Shown one piece after another: positions 25,937 through 38,810 of a DNA stretch of 64,000 nucleotides. Numbering within the stretch: the stretch's first letter is position 1; each line of letters opens with the position of its first letter. The translations under genes were made by a program, and so were the position numbers. The notes below the pieces were generated by a model. The model saw only the letters and a list, made by a program, of their open reading frames with translations, did not search any database and was not told the DNA's origin. The stretch is taken from positions 1,674,001 to 1,738,000 of the forward strand of contig MU008155.1 of assembly GCA_010909165.1 (NCBI GenBank), in the 5' to 3' direction. This DNA comes from Anthoceros angustus (taxonomy: Eukaryota; Plantae; Anthocerotophyta).

Positions 25937-27720
25937 AACCAGACACGAAAATTGTTAGGTTAAATGGGAAAAAAGGGCTAGGAACGTCTATGTATCTTCA
26001 CAGAGCCCTGTTCGTTACACAGGTCTCCAGGGCTGAGCCTCCAGGCGATAAGCGTATGGCATACCCATCGGGACAAGGAACCGGAAGAGCCTCCCCTAAG
26101 ACTTTCCGAAGTTTTCGGAAGGAGCATTGCCACGTGGCTGATGCCTTGGCTGGGCTGGGTGGGCTGCCGCGGTCGGATCGTGCCCCGGCCCTGCCGTCAC
26201 ACCCACTTTGTATTCTGCAGTCTGCAGTCTGCAATCCAACCACTGCAAGGATCATCCGGCGACGTTTGTATATAGAGCAGCCACAGATACTCCCTGACTC
26301 ATCCTTGTGGGTGACATGCACAGGCCCCTGACTTTGGCAAGATTGCAGGAAGCTGGTTAAGTCCATGGGAGCAGGACACATCCATGACAAACTCTGACTG
26401 TCTGATGCTGGCATGGCTTACAATGTAATGTCTGTAGTGAGCCTCCATCATTTCGGAAAAACCACAGCACATACACCTGCAGTGCACTAGTCCTCATCCA
26501 CCCGCCCTCAATGACCAGGACTCCGAACGCAGTATCCAGACTGAGTATCCTATTACCCCCGCTGCGCATAAAAAAGCACGAGCCTACCCCAGACCTCCCA
26601 CACAGTTGACGCCTTGCGCTTTTCTAAGTAGCGAGATGACGGGATGTGGCAAGTGCAGCGGCAAGGAGGTAGTGTCTCGCTCAGTCAAGGCAGGGCTGCA
26701 ATTCCATTTAGGCAGAATTTCATTCTATCTCGCAGCTGTCCTGGAATATCATGCAGCTGAGGTGTGCAGGAAGCCATTGGAGGGTACCTGCTGAAGACTT
26801 TTGCGGGCAACATCATGCCGTGCATTTCCCCAGATTTCAATTTTTCCATACACAACAAGCGCATAATGTCTGGGCACTATGGCATCCCTGTCACCACAGT
26901 CACAGACAAAATGTCACGGAATGCCAAGTGACAATACATAGCAGTATGGCAAGTATCAAGGCATTTACTGTAACCGCATGGGTTTTGGCCATTCTGCCAG
27001 AACTTGACGGCCACCTCACAGTTCACCATACATTTTCAATGCGTGGCACCAGGCAGCCCAGAAGCAGCACCCATAGTGGAATGAAGGGGTGCTGCCCTCG
27101 CACGTTTTGGGGAAGCTATGATCCTCAATCTTGCCAAATACAGGTAGGGGCAGGGATCACCTAGGTCAATATGCCTACAACTATACACGCTGCGATGTAG
27201 CAACAATCAGAACAGTGAGGTCACATGATGGCAAAATGTTGCAAGACACAGGGGCGGATAATCTAAATCTCTTGTCTATATGACAGAGCCGTTGCCAAAG
27301 GTGACACGAAATAGGGGCAGAGACTATCTGCAGATTTCTTCACACCACATGCTTTGTCTGCATGTTGTCAAACACATGCGTGCACTTTTCAGTTCAACAA
27401 ATGTTGCATATGGTCAAGGTCAGCACGTTGTGAAAACAGAGACGGGGAGTCTGCAGAGTGTGTGTGTGTGTTTCTCTAGTGGAGAGCTTTGAAGGCCGGG
27501 TAGAGAGCTAAGCACCTAGCGCAAGCAAAGATGGGGAGCTCGCTCCGAATGACCTCTCTTATAAACACTCTTTGTTGACTCGTATCATCAGTAAAGAGCA
27601 GCAGTAGAGTAAGATTGAGCGAGTTGTGAGATTGTGCATGCTTTTGGGTCAGGAGTGAATTGGCGAGATCCTAGGCCGTTGGGAAGCCAACAGTTGTGGC
27701 TTTTTTACCATATACTGAAT

Positions 27721-28973
27721 ATGGCTATCATGACGAATCATGCACCCTCACAAGAGGAGCTTTCTCCTAAAGCAAAAGGAGGAAGACTACGATGTTGTAT
27801 ATTGACGATAAAAAGCAACGAAGATGACATTTTCAAAACGAAACCAGGACTCCTAAAGAAGGCACAAGAGCTTTCCCAAATGTGTGGTGTGGAACTTGCC
27901 GTATGGTGCAATCGTAATGCCGATAAAGAGTTTAGAAGAATATGACGTGAGCTTTCAATGGAGTAGTACGACCTAGACAATGAAGAAAAGACGAGAACGG
28001 AAGGAAGAACGATAAAACGATAATGGAAAGATATGCGTGAGTCAAGAGACAAAAGAGAAAAAATTGAATGTTCTTTCACTCACGCAACAACTTATGAAAA
28101 AGAGGCAAGAGAACTCGAAAATGCAAGGTAAGGACTCTTATTGTTAAATATGCCCATGATTTTCTTTATGTTTTACTTTTCAAAAGAAAGTTTTCATAAA
28201 TGGCTTTAATAATCATTCTAATCAAAATACGAAACGTCCTCGAAATAATAACAAAATGTTGAAGAAAAGTATAATGAACGGATGGAAGCACACATCCAAA
28301 ATTTGAGACGAACGTCTGCGCTTTGAATTAGCGCCACGACGGCAACCGATGCAACCATTCGAGAACGCCAATACAATGGAAATGAGAATAGCATGAATTG
28401 GGGCAAAGTGGTGTGCCGTGCAATGTCAAGAACCCTTCAAAACTATGTTGGCCAATACAATGCAAATGACATTGACAATAATAGCATGAATTGGGCGCAA
28501 AGTGGTGTGCCAATGCAATGTCAAGAACCCTCTAAAACTATGTTGGCGATATAATGCAAATGACATTGACAACAATAGCATGAATTGGGGCAAAGTGGTG
28601 TGCCAATGCAATGTCAAGCACCCTCTAAAACTATGTTGGCCAATACAATGGCAATGAGAATCAAAATAACGACATGAATCGATCCCTAGACAATTTGCGG
28701 TGGTCGAATCGATCCCCGCACAATTTGCAAAACGAGTTGTATAATATCAATGAGGTTCCAAATCACAACACAACCACAATATTTGAAAGGGGTGTAAGGT
28801 TTGATGAGTTAGAGGAACCGTTATCTAGATGGAGTCATATGGAACACAACTTTCAAGGAGAAGAACTCGCATCTAGAAAAGATAGTTCAATCTTCACCCA
28901 ATGAAAATACACGGAGTGAGGATTTTGGTTATAATGATGAAGAATTTCAACTCATGGGACAGATTCGCCTTAA
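27721..28973 (+). CDS. Type-I-like MADS-box gene, copy 1 (three 96-bp repeats; frameshifted as assembled)
   Basis: Cross-copy reconstruction: KRRKTTMLYIDDKKQRKMTFSKRKTGLLKKAQELSQMCGVELAVWC, then KTIMERYATVSQETKEKK, a GTAAGG donor, repeats, and ...EDFGYNDEEFQLMGLYSP*. Confidence 0.75.
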
Positions 28974-29871
28974 GATTAAGTTGGTCTCACCCATGATTAT
29001 TTAATTTACAGCAAATATAGAAATATCGGTTGAAGAAGCCATGATAAAACTAGATTTTACCATGAAATTTGATTCAATATTTTGATATAATAAAAAATTA
29101 TATGGTTCATCATCATATTTTCTTATTTTGAGTAGTTTATGAAACTCGCACAAGAAAAGAAAAAAAGATGAGTAGTTACCTAAGCCCCGAGTACTAGGGG
29201 GCAATACAACGCTTTGGTGATGCAACATTGAGTGCAAAAGAGAGGGCACGAAATCACCAGATGGGATGTTAGATCCACATTGGGTGACATTGGAAGGTGG
29301 ATATCCATAAAGGATGATATCCTACATGTTCTCTCGATATGTTGGCTATCACCGAGGACAATGATCTTCTTCCCGTGGGAGAGAATTTGTGAGGGCTAGC
29401 CATGCATCAAAGGCATGCAAGCCACGGATCTAGTTTAGTAAGTTATGTGGTTAGTGGTAGTGAGGCTTTGCTTAGAGCTTAATTAAGCTAGTCTACCGTA
29501 GGCGCTACTTAATTGGGGATGAAGTAAGCCTCCTATTTAAGGGATGTGGCTAGCTCTAGAGAACAAAATTCCTAGCACTGTGCCACGTGGGACTGGGAAG
29601 CCTAGAGGCTGGGGAGCCTAGAGTGTGTGTGTGTGTTTCTAGTGGAGAGCTTTGAAGGCCGGGTAGAGAGCTAAGCACCTAGCGCAAGCAAAGATGGGGA
29701 GCTCGCTCGAATGACCTCTCTTATAAACACTCTTTGTTGACTCGTATCAGAAGAGCAGCAGAGAGTAAGATTGAGCGAGTTGTGAGATTGTGCATGCTTT
29801 TGGGTCGGAGTGAATTGGCGAGATCCTAGGCCGTTGGGAAGCCAGCCAGGCTTTTTTACCATATAACGAAT

Positions 29872-31317
29872 ATGGCTATCATGACGAATCATGCACCCTC
29901 ACAAGAGGAGCTTTCTCCTAAAGCAAAAAGGAGGAAGACTACGATGTTGTATATTGACGATAAAAGCAACGAAAGATGACATTTTCAAAGCGAAAACGGA
30001 CTCCTAAAGAAGGCACAAGAGCTTTCCCAAATGTGTGGTGTGGAACTTGCCGTATGGTGCACGGTAATGCCGATAAAGAGTTTACAAGAATATGACGTGA
30101 GCTTTCAATGGAGTAGTATCTTGACCTAGACAATGAAGAAAGACGAGAACGGAAGGAAGAACGATAAAACGATAATGGAAAGATATGCGGTCATGAGTCA
30201 AGAGACAAAAGAGAAAAAAATTGAATGTTCTTTCACTCACGCAACAACTTATGAAAAAAGAGGCAAGAGAACTCGAAATGCAAGGTAAGGACTCTTATTG
30301 TTAAATATGCCCGTGATTTTCTTTATGTTTTACTTTTCAAAAGAAAGTTTTCATAAATGGCTTTAATAATCATTCTAATCAAAATACGAAACGTCCTCGA
30401 AATAATAACAAAATGTTGAAGAAAAGTATAATGAACGGATGGAAGCACACATCCAAAATTTGAGACGGAACGCGCTTTGAATTAGCGCCACGACGGCAAC
30501 CGATGCAACCATTCGAGAACGGCCAATACAATGGAAATGAGAATAGCAGCATGAATTGGGGCAAAGTGGTGTGCAGCAATGTCAAGAACCCTTCAAAACT
30601 ATGTTGGCCAATACAATGCAAATGACATTGACAATAATAGCATGAATTGGGGCAAAGTGGTGTGCCAATGCAATGTCAAGAACCCTCTAAAACTATGTTG
30701 GCCGATATAATGCAAATGACATTGACAACAATAGCATGAATTGGGGCAAAGTGGTGTGCCAATGCAATGTCAAGAACCCTCTAAAAACTATGTTGGCCAA
30801 TACATTGCAAATGACATTGACAATAATAGCATGAATTGGGGCAAAGTGGTGTGCCAATGCAATGTCAAGAACCCTCTAAAAACTATGTTGGCCAATATAA
30901 TGCAAATGACATTGACAATAACAGATGAATTGGGGCAAAGTGGTGTGCCAATGCAATGTCAAGCACCCTCTAAAACTATGTGGGCCAATACAATGGCAAT
31001 GAGAATCAAAATAACGACATGAATCGATCCCTAGACAATTTGCAGGTCGAATCGATCCCCGCACAATTTGCAAAACGAAGTTGTATAATATCAATGAGGT
31101 TCCAAATCAACACAACCACAATATTTGAAAGGGGTGTAAGGTTTGATGAGTTAGAGGAACCGTTATCTAGATGGAGTCATATGGAACACAACTTTCAAGG
31201 AGAAGAACTCCGCATCTAGAAAAGATAGTTCAATCTTCACCCAATGAAAATACACGGAGTGAGGATTTTGGTTATAATGATGAAGAATTTCAACTCATGG
31301 AATTGTATTCGCCTTAA
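29872..31317 (+). CDS. Type-I-like MADS-box gene, copy 2 (five repeats; frameshifted as assembled)
   Basis: Same structure as copy 1, with different indels. Confidence 0.75.
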
Positions 31318-32214
31318 GATTAAGTTGCTGGTCTCACCCATGATTATTTAATTTACAGCAAATATAGAAATATCGGTTGAAGAAGCCATGATAAAACTAG
31401 ATTTTACCATGAAATTTGATTCAATATTTTGATATAATAAAAATTATATGTTTCATCATCATATTTTCTTATTTTGAGTAGTTTATGAAACTCGCACAAA
31501 AAGAAAAGATGAGTAGTTACCTAAGCCCAGTACTAGGGGCAATACAACGCTTTGGTGATGCAACATTGAGTGCAAAAAGAGAGGCACGAATCATGTGGTG
31601 GGATGTTAGATCCACATTGGGTGACATTGGAAGGTGGATATCCATAAAGGATGATATCCTACATGTTCTCTCGATATGTTGGCTATCACCGAGGACAATG
31701 ATCTTCTTCACGGTGGGAGAGAATTTGTGAGGGCTAGCCATGCATCAAAGGCATGCAAGCCCCGGATCTAGTTTAGTAAGTTATGTGGTTAGTGGTTGTG
31801 AGGCTTTGCTTAGAGCTTAATTAAGCTAGTCTACCGAGGCGCTACTTAATTGGGGATGAAGTAAGCCTCCTATTTAAGGGATGTGGCTAGCTCTAGAGAA
31901 CAAAAATTCCTAGCACTGTGCCACGAGGACTGGAAGCCTAGAGGCTGGGGAGCCTAGAGTGTGTGTGTGTTTCTCTAGTGGAGAGCTTTGAAGGCCGGGT
32001 AGAGAGCTAAGCACCCAGCGCAAGCAAAGATGGGGAGCTCGCCCGAATGACCTCTCTTATAAACACTCTTTGTTGACTCGTATCATCGATGAAAGAGCAG
32101 CAGAGAGTAAGATTGAGCGAGTTGTGAGATTGTGCATGCTTTTGGGTCGAGTGAATTGGCGAGATCCTAGGCTGCTGGGAAGCCAACAGCAGGCTTTTTA
32201 CCATATAATCGAAT

Positions 32215-33653
32215 ATGGCTATCATGACGAATCATGCACCCTCACAAGAGGAGCTTTCTCCTAAAGCAAAAGGAGGAAGACTACGATGTTGTATATTGAC
32301 GATAAAAGCAACGAAGATGACATTTTCAAAACGAAACCGGACTCCTAAAGAAGGCACAAGAGCTTTCCCAAATGTGTGGTGTGGAACTTGCCGTATGGTG
32401 CACCGGTAATGCCGATAAAGAGTTTACGTAAGAATATGACGTGAGCTTTCAATGGAGTAATCGACCTAGACAATGAAGAAAGACGTGAGAACGGAAGGAA
32501 GAACGATAAAACGATAATGGAAAGATATGCGTGAGTCAAGAGACAAAAGAGAAAAAATTGAATGTTCTTTCACTCACGCAACAACTTATGAAAAAGAGGC
32601 AAGAGAACTCGAAAATGCAAGGTAAGGACTCTTATTGTTAAATATGCCCAGTGATTTTCTTTATGTTTTACTTTTCAAAAGAAAGTTTTCATAAATGGCT
32701 TTAATAATCATTCTAATCAAAATACGAAACGTCCTCGAAATAATAACAAAATGTTGAAGAAAAGTATAATGAACCGATGGAAGCACACATCCAAAATTTG
32801 AGACGGAACGTCTGCGCTTTGAATTAGCGCCACGACGAACCGATGCAACCATTCGAGAACGCCAATACAATGGAAATGAGAATAGCATGAATTGGGGCAA
32901 AGTGGTGCCAATGCAATGTCAAGAACCCTTCAAAACTATGTTGGCTAATACAATGCAAATGACATTGACAATAATAGCATGAATTGGGGCAAAGTGGTGT
33001 GCCAATGCAATGTCAAGAACCCTCTAAAACTATGTTGGCCGATATAATGCAAATGACATTGACAACAATAGCATGAATTGGGGCAAAGTGAAAGCAATGC
33101 AATGTCAAGAACCCTCTAAAACTATGTTGGCCAATACATTGCAAATGACATTGACAATAATAGCATGAATTGGGGCAAAGTGGTGCCAATGCAATGTCAA
33201 GAACCCTCTAAAACTATGTTGGCCAATATAATGCAAATGACATTGACAACAATAGCATGAATTGGGGCAAAGTGGTGTGCCAATGCAATGTCAAGCACCC
33301 TCTAAAAACTATGTTGGCCAATACAATGGCAATGAGAATCAAAATAACGACATGAATCGATCCCTAGACAATATGCGAGGTCAGAATCGATCCCCGCACA
33401 ATTTGCAAAACGAGTTGTATAATATCAATGAGGTTCCAAATCACAACACAACCACAATATTTGAAAGGGGTGTAAGGTTTGATGAGTTAGAGGAACCGTT
33501 ATCTAGATGGAGTCATATGGAACACAACTTTCAAGGAGAAGAACTCCCGATCTAGAAAAGATAGTTCAATCTTCACCCAATGAAAATACACGGAGTGAGG
33601 ATTTTGGTTATAATGATGAAGAATTTCAACTCATGGGACTGTATTCGCCTTAA
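32215..33653 (+). CDS. Type-I-like MADS-box gene, copy 3 (five repeats; frameshifted as assembled)
   Basis: Same structure. KMTFSKR is visible in ORF 32215..32409. Confidence 0.75.
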
Positions 33654-34531
33654 GATTAAGTTGCTGGTCTCACCCATGATTATTTAATTTACAGCAAATA
33701 TAGAAATATCGGTTGAAGAAGCCATGATAAAACTAGATTTTACCATGAAATTTGATTCAATATTTTGATATAATAAAAATTATATGTTTCATCATCATAT
33801 TTTCTTATTTTGAGTAGTTTATGAAACTCGCACAAAAAGAAAAGATGAGTAGTTACCTAAGCCCCAGTACTAGGGGCAATACAACGCTTTGGTGATGCAA
33901 CATTGAGTGCAAAAAGAGAGGGCACGAAATCACCGAGTGCGGTGGGATGTTAGATCCACATTGGGTGACATTGGAAGGTGGATATCCATAAAGGATGATA
34001 TCCTACATGTTCTCTCGATATGTTGGCTATCATCGAGGACAATGATCTTCTTCGTGGGAGAGAAATTTGTGAGGGCTAGCCATGCATCAAAGGCATGCAA
34101 GCCTGGATCTAGTTTAGTGTTATGTGGTTAGTGGTTGTGAGGCTTTGCTTAGAGCTTAATTGCTAGTCTACCGTAGGCGCTACTTAATTGGGGATGAAGT
34201 AAGCCTCCTATTTAAGGGATGTGGCTAGCTCTAGAGAACAAAATTCCTAGCACTGCCACGAGGACTGGAAGCCTAGAGGCTGGGGAGCCTAGAGTGTGTG
34301 TGTTTCTCTAGTGGAGAGCTTTGAAGGCCGGGTAGAGAGCTAAGCACCTAGCGCAAGCAAAGATGGGGAGCTCCGAATGACCTCTCTTATAAACACTCTT
34401 TGTTGACTCATCAAGAAGAGCAGCAGAGTAAGATTGAGCGAGTTGTGAGATTGTGCATGCTTTTGGGTCGGAGTGAATTGGCGAGATCCTAGGCGTTGGG
34501 AAGCCAACAGGCTTTTTTACCATATCTGAAT

Positions 34532-35978
34532 ATGGCTATCATGACGAATCATGCACCCTCACAAGAGGAGCTTTCTCCTAAAGCAAAAGGAGGAAGACTA
34601 CGATGTTGTATATTGACGATAAAAGCAACGAAAGATGACATTTTCAAACGAAAACCGGACTCCTAAAGAAGGCACAAGAGCTTTCCCAAATGTGTGGTGG
34701 AACTTGCCGTATGGTGCAATCGGTAATGCCGATAAAGAGTTTATGTAAGAATATGACGTGAGCTTTCAATGGAGTAATCGACCTAGACAATGAAGAAAGA
34801 CGAGAACGGAAGGAAGAACGATAAAACGATAATGGAAAGATATGCTACCGTGAGTCAAGAGACAAAAGAGAAAAAAATTGAATGTTCTTTCACTCACGCA
34901 ACAACTTATGAAAAAGAGGCAAGAGAACTCGAAAATGCAAGGTAAGGACTCTTATTGTTAAATATGCCCATTGATTTTCTTTATGTTTTACTTTTCAAAA
35001 GAAAGTTTTCATAAATGGCTTTAATAATCATTCTAATCAAAATAAAACGTCTCGTAAATAATAACAAAATGTTGAAGAAAAGTATAATGAACCGGATGGA
35101 AGCACATCCAAAATTTGAGACGGAACGTCTGCGCTTTTGAATTAGCGCCACGACGAACCGATGCAACCATTCGAGAACGGCCAATACAATGGAAATGAGA
35201 ATAGCAAAGATGAATTGGGGCAAAGTGGTGTGCCAATGCAATGTCAAGAACCCTTCAAAACTATGTTGGCCAATACAATGCAAATGACATTGACAATAAT
35301 AGCATGAATTGGGGCAAAGTGGTGTGCCAATGCAATGTCAAGAACCCTCTAAAAACTATGTTGGCGATATAATGCAAATGACATTGACAACAATAGCATG
35401 AATTGGGGCAAAGTGGTGTGCCAATGCAATGTCAAGAACCCTCTAAAAACTATGTTGGCCAATACATTGCAAATGACATTGACAATAATAGCATGAATTG
35501 GGGCAAAGTGGTGTGCCAATGCAATGTCAAGAACCCTCTAAAAACTATGTTGGCCAATATAATGCAAATGACATTGACAATAACAAAGATGAATTGGGGC
35601 AAAGTGGTGTGCCAATGCAATGTCAAGCACCTCTAAAAACTATGTGGGCCAATACAATGGCAATGAGAATCAAAATAACGACATGAATCGATCCTAGACA
35701 ATTTATAGGTCGAATCGATCCCCGCACAATTTGCAAAACGAGTTGTATAATATCAATGAGGTTCCAAATCACAACACAACCACAATATTTGAAAGGGTGT
35801 AAGGTTTGATGAGTTAGAGGAACCGTTATCTAGATGGAGTCATATGGAACACAACTTTCAAGGAGAAGAACTCCCGCATCTAGAAAAGATAGTTCAATCT
35901 TCACCCAATGAAAATACACGAGTGAGGATTTTGGTTATAATGATGAAGAATTTCAACTCATGGACCGATTCGCTTTAA
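34532..35978 (+). CDS. Type-I-like MADS-box gene, copy 4 (five repeats; frameshifted as assembled)
   Basis: Same structure as the other copies. Confidence 0.75.
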
Positions 35979-36284
35979 GATTAAGTTCTGGTCTCACCCA
36001 TGATTATTTAATTTACAGCAAATATAGAAATATCGGTTGAAGAAGCCATGATAAAACTAGATTTTACCATGAAATTTGATTCAATATTTTGATATAATAA
36101 AAAATTATATGTTTCATCATCATATTTTTCTTATTTTGAGTAATGTATGAAACTCGCACAACAAAAAAGAAAAAAGATGAATAGTTACCTAAGCCCCGAG
36201 TACTAGGGGGCAATACAACGCTTTGGTGATACAACATTGAGTGTAAAAAGAGAGGACAAAAGGATGATATCCTAGAAGATCTCT

Positions 36285-36750
36285 TTTTCATAAATAAATT
36301 TAGTAATCATTCTAATCAAATATGAATCGTCCTCATAAATAATAATAAAATGTTGAAGAAAAGTTTAATGGATAAGGACACATCCAAAGTTTGAGACGGA
36401 AACGTATGCACAAGAATGTCTGCGCTTTTGAATTAGCCCTACGATGGCAAGGAATGCAACTAATCGAGAACTGGCCAATACAATGGGGATGAGAATTCGA
36501 TAACGGCCAATACAATGGGGATGAGAATTCCAGAACGGCCAATACAATGGGAATGAGAATTGGAAAAGGCTAATACAATGAAAACGAGAATTTGAGAACG
36601 GCCAATACAATGGGAGTGAGAATTCGAAAACGGCCAATACAATGGGAATGAGAATTGGCATGAATTGGGGGGAGAGTCTGGTGTGCCAATGCAATGTCAA
36701 AATTCCTTTAAAAACTATGTTGGCCAATAGAATGAGAATAACCACATGAT
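36285..36750 (+). pseudogene. Diverged 5'-truncated fifth copy (no MADS exon) with an expanded about 30-bp repeat
   Basis: Homologous to the intron and exon-2 part of the units. About five copies of AACGGCCAATACAATGGGRATGAGAATT are followed by one diverged copy of the 96-bp repeat. Confidence 0.8.
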
Positions 36751-38746
36751 CGGGAGCAGAGGTGGGCAGGGGGTAAGAAGGCTAGGGCTGAGGGAAGGCT
36801 GACAGGAGCAGGAAACACGGGAGAAAGTGGAAGAGAGGACTGACCATCAGAAGGTACATTGACCATATATCCCCATCCTCAGGGAAAGGGAAAGGGAAAG
36901 GGAAAGATGTAGGAATCGCAGCAACCTCCGTCATCTGTAGATGCTGCCCAACACAGGCAGCCGAGGCCTTGCTCCCTTTCGTGGGTGAGACCCTCAGCCA
37001 TGGTCCGGAGCCAGCAGAGTCCTTTACGGTTCCACTTTCGTGGTCAGCAGAGGGCTGGGACGGCATGGTCTGCAGGATCGGGCCTGCCCGTGACCCAGCC
37101 CCCCCAACTGTCACGGGCCTGTCCAACGAACATAAGATGCCTGGGGAGGGGCATTCCAAGTTGCTGAGATTGATAATCCAATACATGGGAGAAAGCAGTA
37201 CAGATAGCACGCGTGCCCTTTCCAAAACTGCACAAGGCACTGAGAAAGCTAGATTCCTCCACCCAACCTGACTCTAGCATGGCCAGCTGGGAGTGGACAG
37301 GAGCTATCAACCTCCATAAAAACCACAAAGTGCACATGGACAACAGCCGGGGAGATACCATGATAGATAGCCTTCTTCACCCCTGACGCCAACAAGTCAA
37401 AAGCATGGTGCTTAGGCATGTCTGGGAAATCATGCAAGAACATAGTCAGTGCTTTCTGCTGAGCAAGGCCCCAGAGCTCATTGGCCGTGGGAACAGAGGT
37501 GGAAGTAGGGCAACATGCTGACCAGCGGTAGGGGCCCATACCTTGACCTGATACCCCCCCTCCATCGTCTTCCGGAGAAAGGTTCCAGCAAGCACAAGCG
37601 TGGAAGATTATACCCACAGGGTTCGCGGAAAAACCCAACAGCGGCAGTCGAGACTGAGTAAGCTGTGTATGAACCGGTGCAGAACCAGGAAAACCTCTAG
37701 TACCCGAGGCCATCAGCATACTGCGACACGGCGAATGCTGACAGCAATTCCGCTGAAGGTGTTTGGCCGGAATACTGGGGTAGTCGTGAATCTGGTGGTG
37801 AACGACACCTTGGTCTTCCGGGTCATCATGATCCGACGGTTTAACTTCAAAACAATGATCAGGATAATGTAGATGAATGCCGGATCAGACCCAACAACCT
37901 GATTGATGTAAGTAACGAGATCTCTCTCCGAGGGGGAGGCCCCGATGATCTTTCCCCAACACTGTGGATGAGGCGAGGTTCATCCGTTCATCCTGAACCA
38001 GCTTGTCTTTAATCCTGCGCTCCAGATCCGGGCGTAGCGCCACCGGGGGCGCGCCCAACCGAGATGACCGTGTACCGACGTACGAGCCTCGGCCAATGCC
38101 TTCCCCAGACGTGCCCGCACCGCCCACTGCAGCACGCAAGTGCCCAGCCGACGGAGATCCTTACCTGCTTCATCGAAATCAGAATCCTCGTCCGCCCAGC
38201 TGGCACCACCTTGAGTCCTCTCAGGGGATGTAGCCACCGCAGAAAAGGCCATAGAGACCAGGACAGGCGAGGACACCTGGGCCCTGCGCCATCGTTCAGA
38301 GCCCACATCGCCCGTAGTACGTCTCAACGACCGCTGAAACGCGTGCACCCACCCGCCTTTCGCGGACATCCCCTAGGCTTGCAGGTTGCAGGGGGTGCTG
38401 CTTCCTTCCCCGTTCCGTCGGCACCATTTTGTGTTCTCTGTTGGCTTTGGGGTGCTGCAGCTCCCTTTCTATCATGTCTTCAGCCCCTGCCCATTTTTTT
38501 TCGTAAATGTATAATTTAATGTCAACAATAAATGTTTATCTCACCGACGGATTTTATCTTGCATCATAATTTATGAAACTTATAGAAAACAAAAAAAACT
38601 CGATTAGGTTGACCGGTCTCGACCATTACCATTGGAGGGCAACACAGCGCAAGCTTGCTCTTCAACCATACAAACGAGAGCAAAATGAGGGGACACAAGA
38701 CTAGCGCTTTAGCAACACAACATCAAGAGCGAAATGAGGGGACACC

Positions 38747-38810
38747 AGACTAGCAGACTAGCAGACTAGCAGACCAGCAGACTAGCAGACTAGCAGACTA
38801 GCAGACTAGC
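38747..38810. repeat. 8-bp tandem repeat (AGACTAGC)n
   Basis: Read directly from the sequence. Confidence 0.9.

Larger units (their letters stand above)
27455..36750 (+). repeat. Head-to-tail tandem array: four about 2.2-2.3-kb MADS-box units plus a diverged 3' relic
   Basis: The unit marker AGAGTGTGTG...TTTCTCTAGTGGAGAGCTTTGAAGG recurs at about 27457, 29620, 31956 and 34290. The array is visibly more AT-rich than its flanks. Confidence 0.97.

Noticed and set aside
28385-35690. CRISPR-like array
   Set aside because: The units are contiguous 93-96-bp coding repeats with no unique spacers, no cas genes are present, and the context is eukaryotic.
27455-36750. Helitron rolling-circle origin of the MADS array
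   Set aside because: The spacers contain several CTAG motifs, but I found no convincing subterminal hairpin, 5' TC end or Rep/helicase remnant.
36780-38400. Decayed L1-type ORF1/endonuclease on the minus strand (e.g. STVLGKIIGASPSERDLVTYINQV)
   Set aside because: The resemblance is faint and broken across frames, with no diagnostic motif. It needs a profile search before it can be called.
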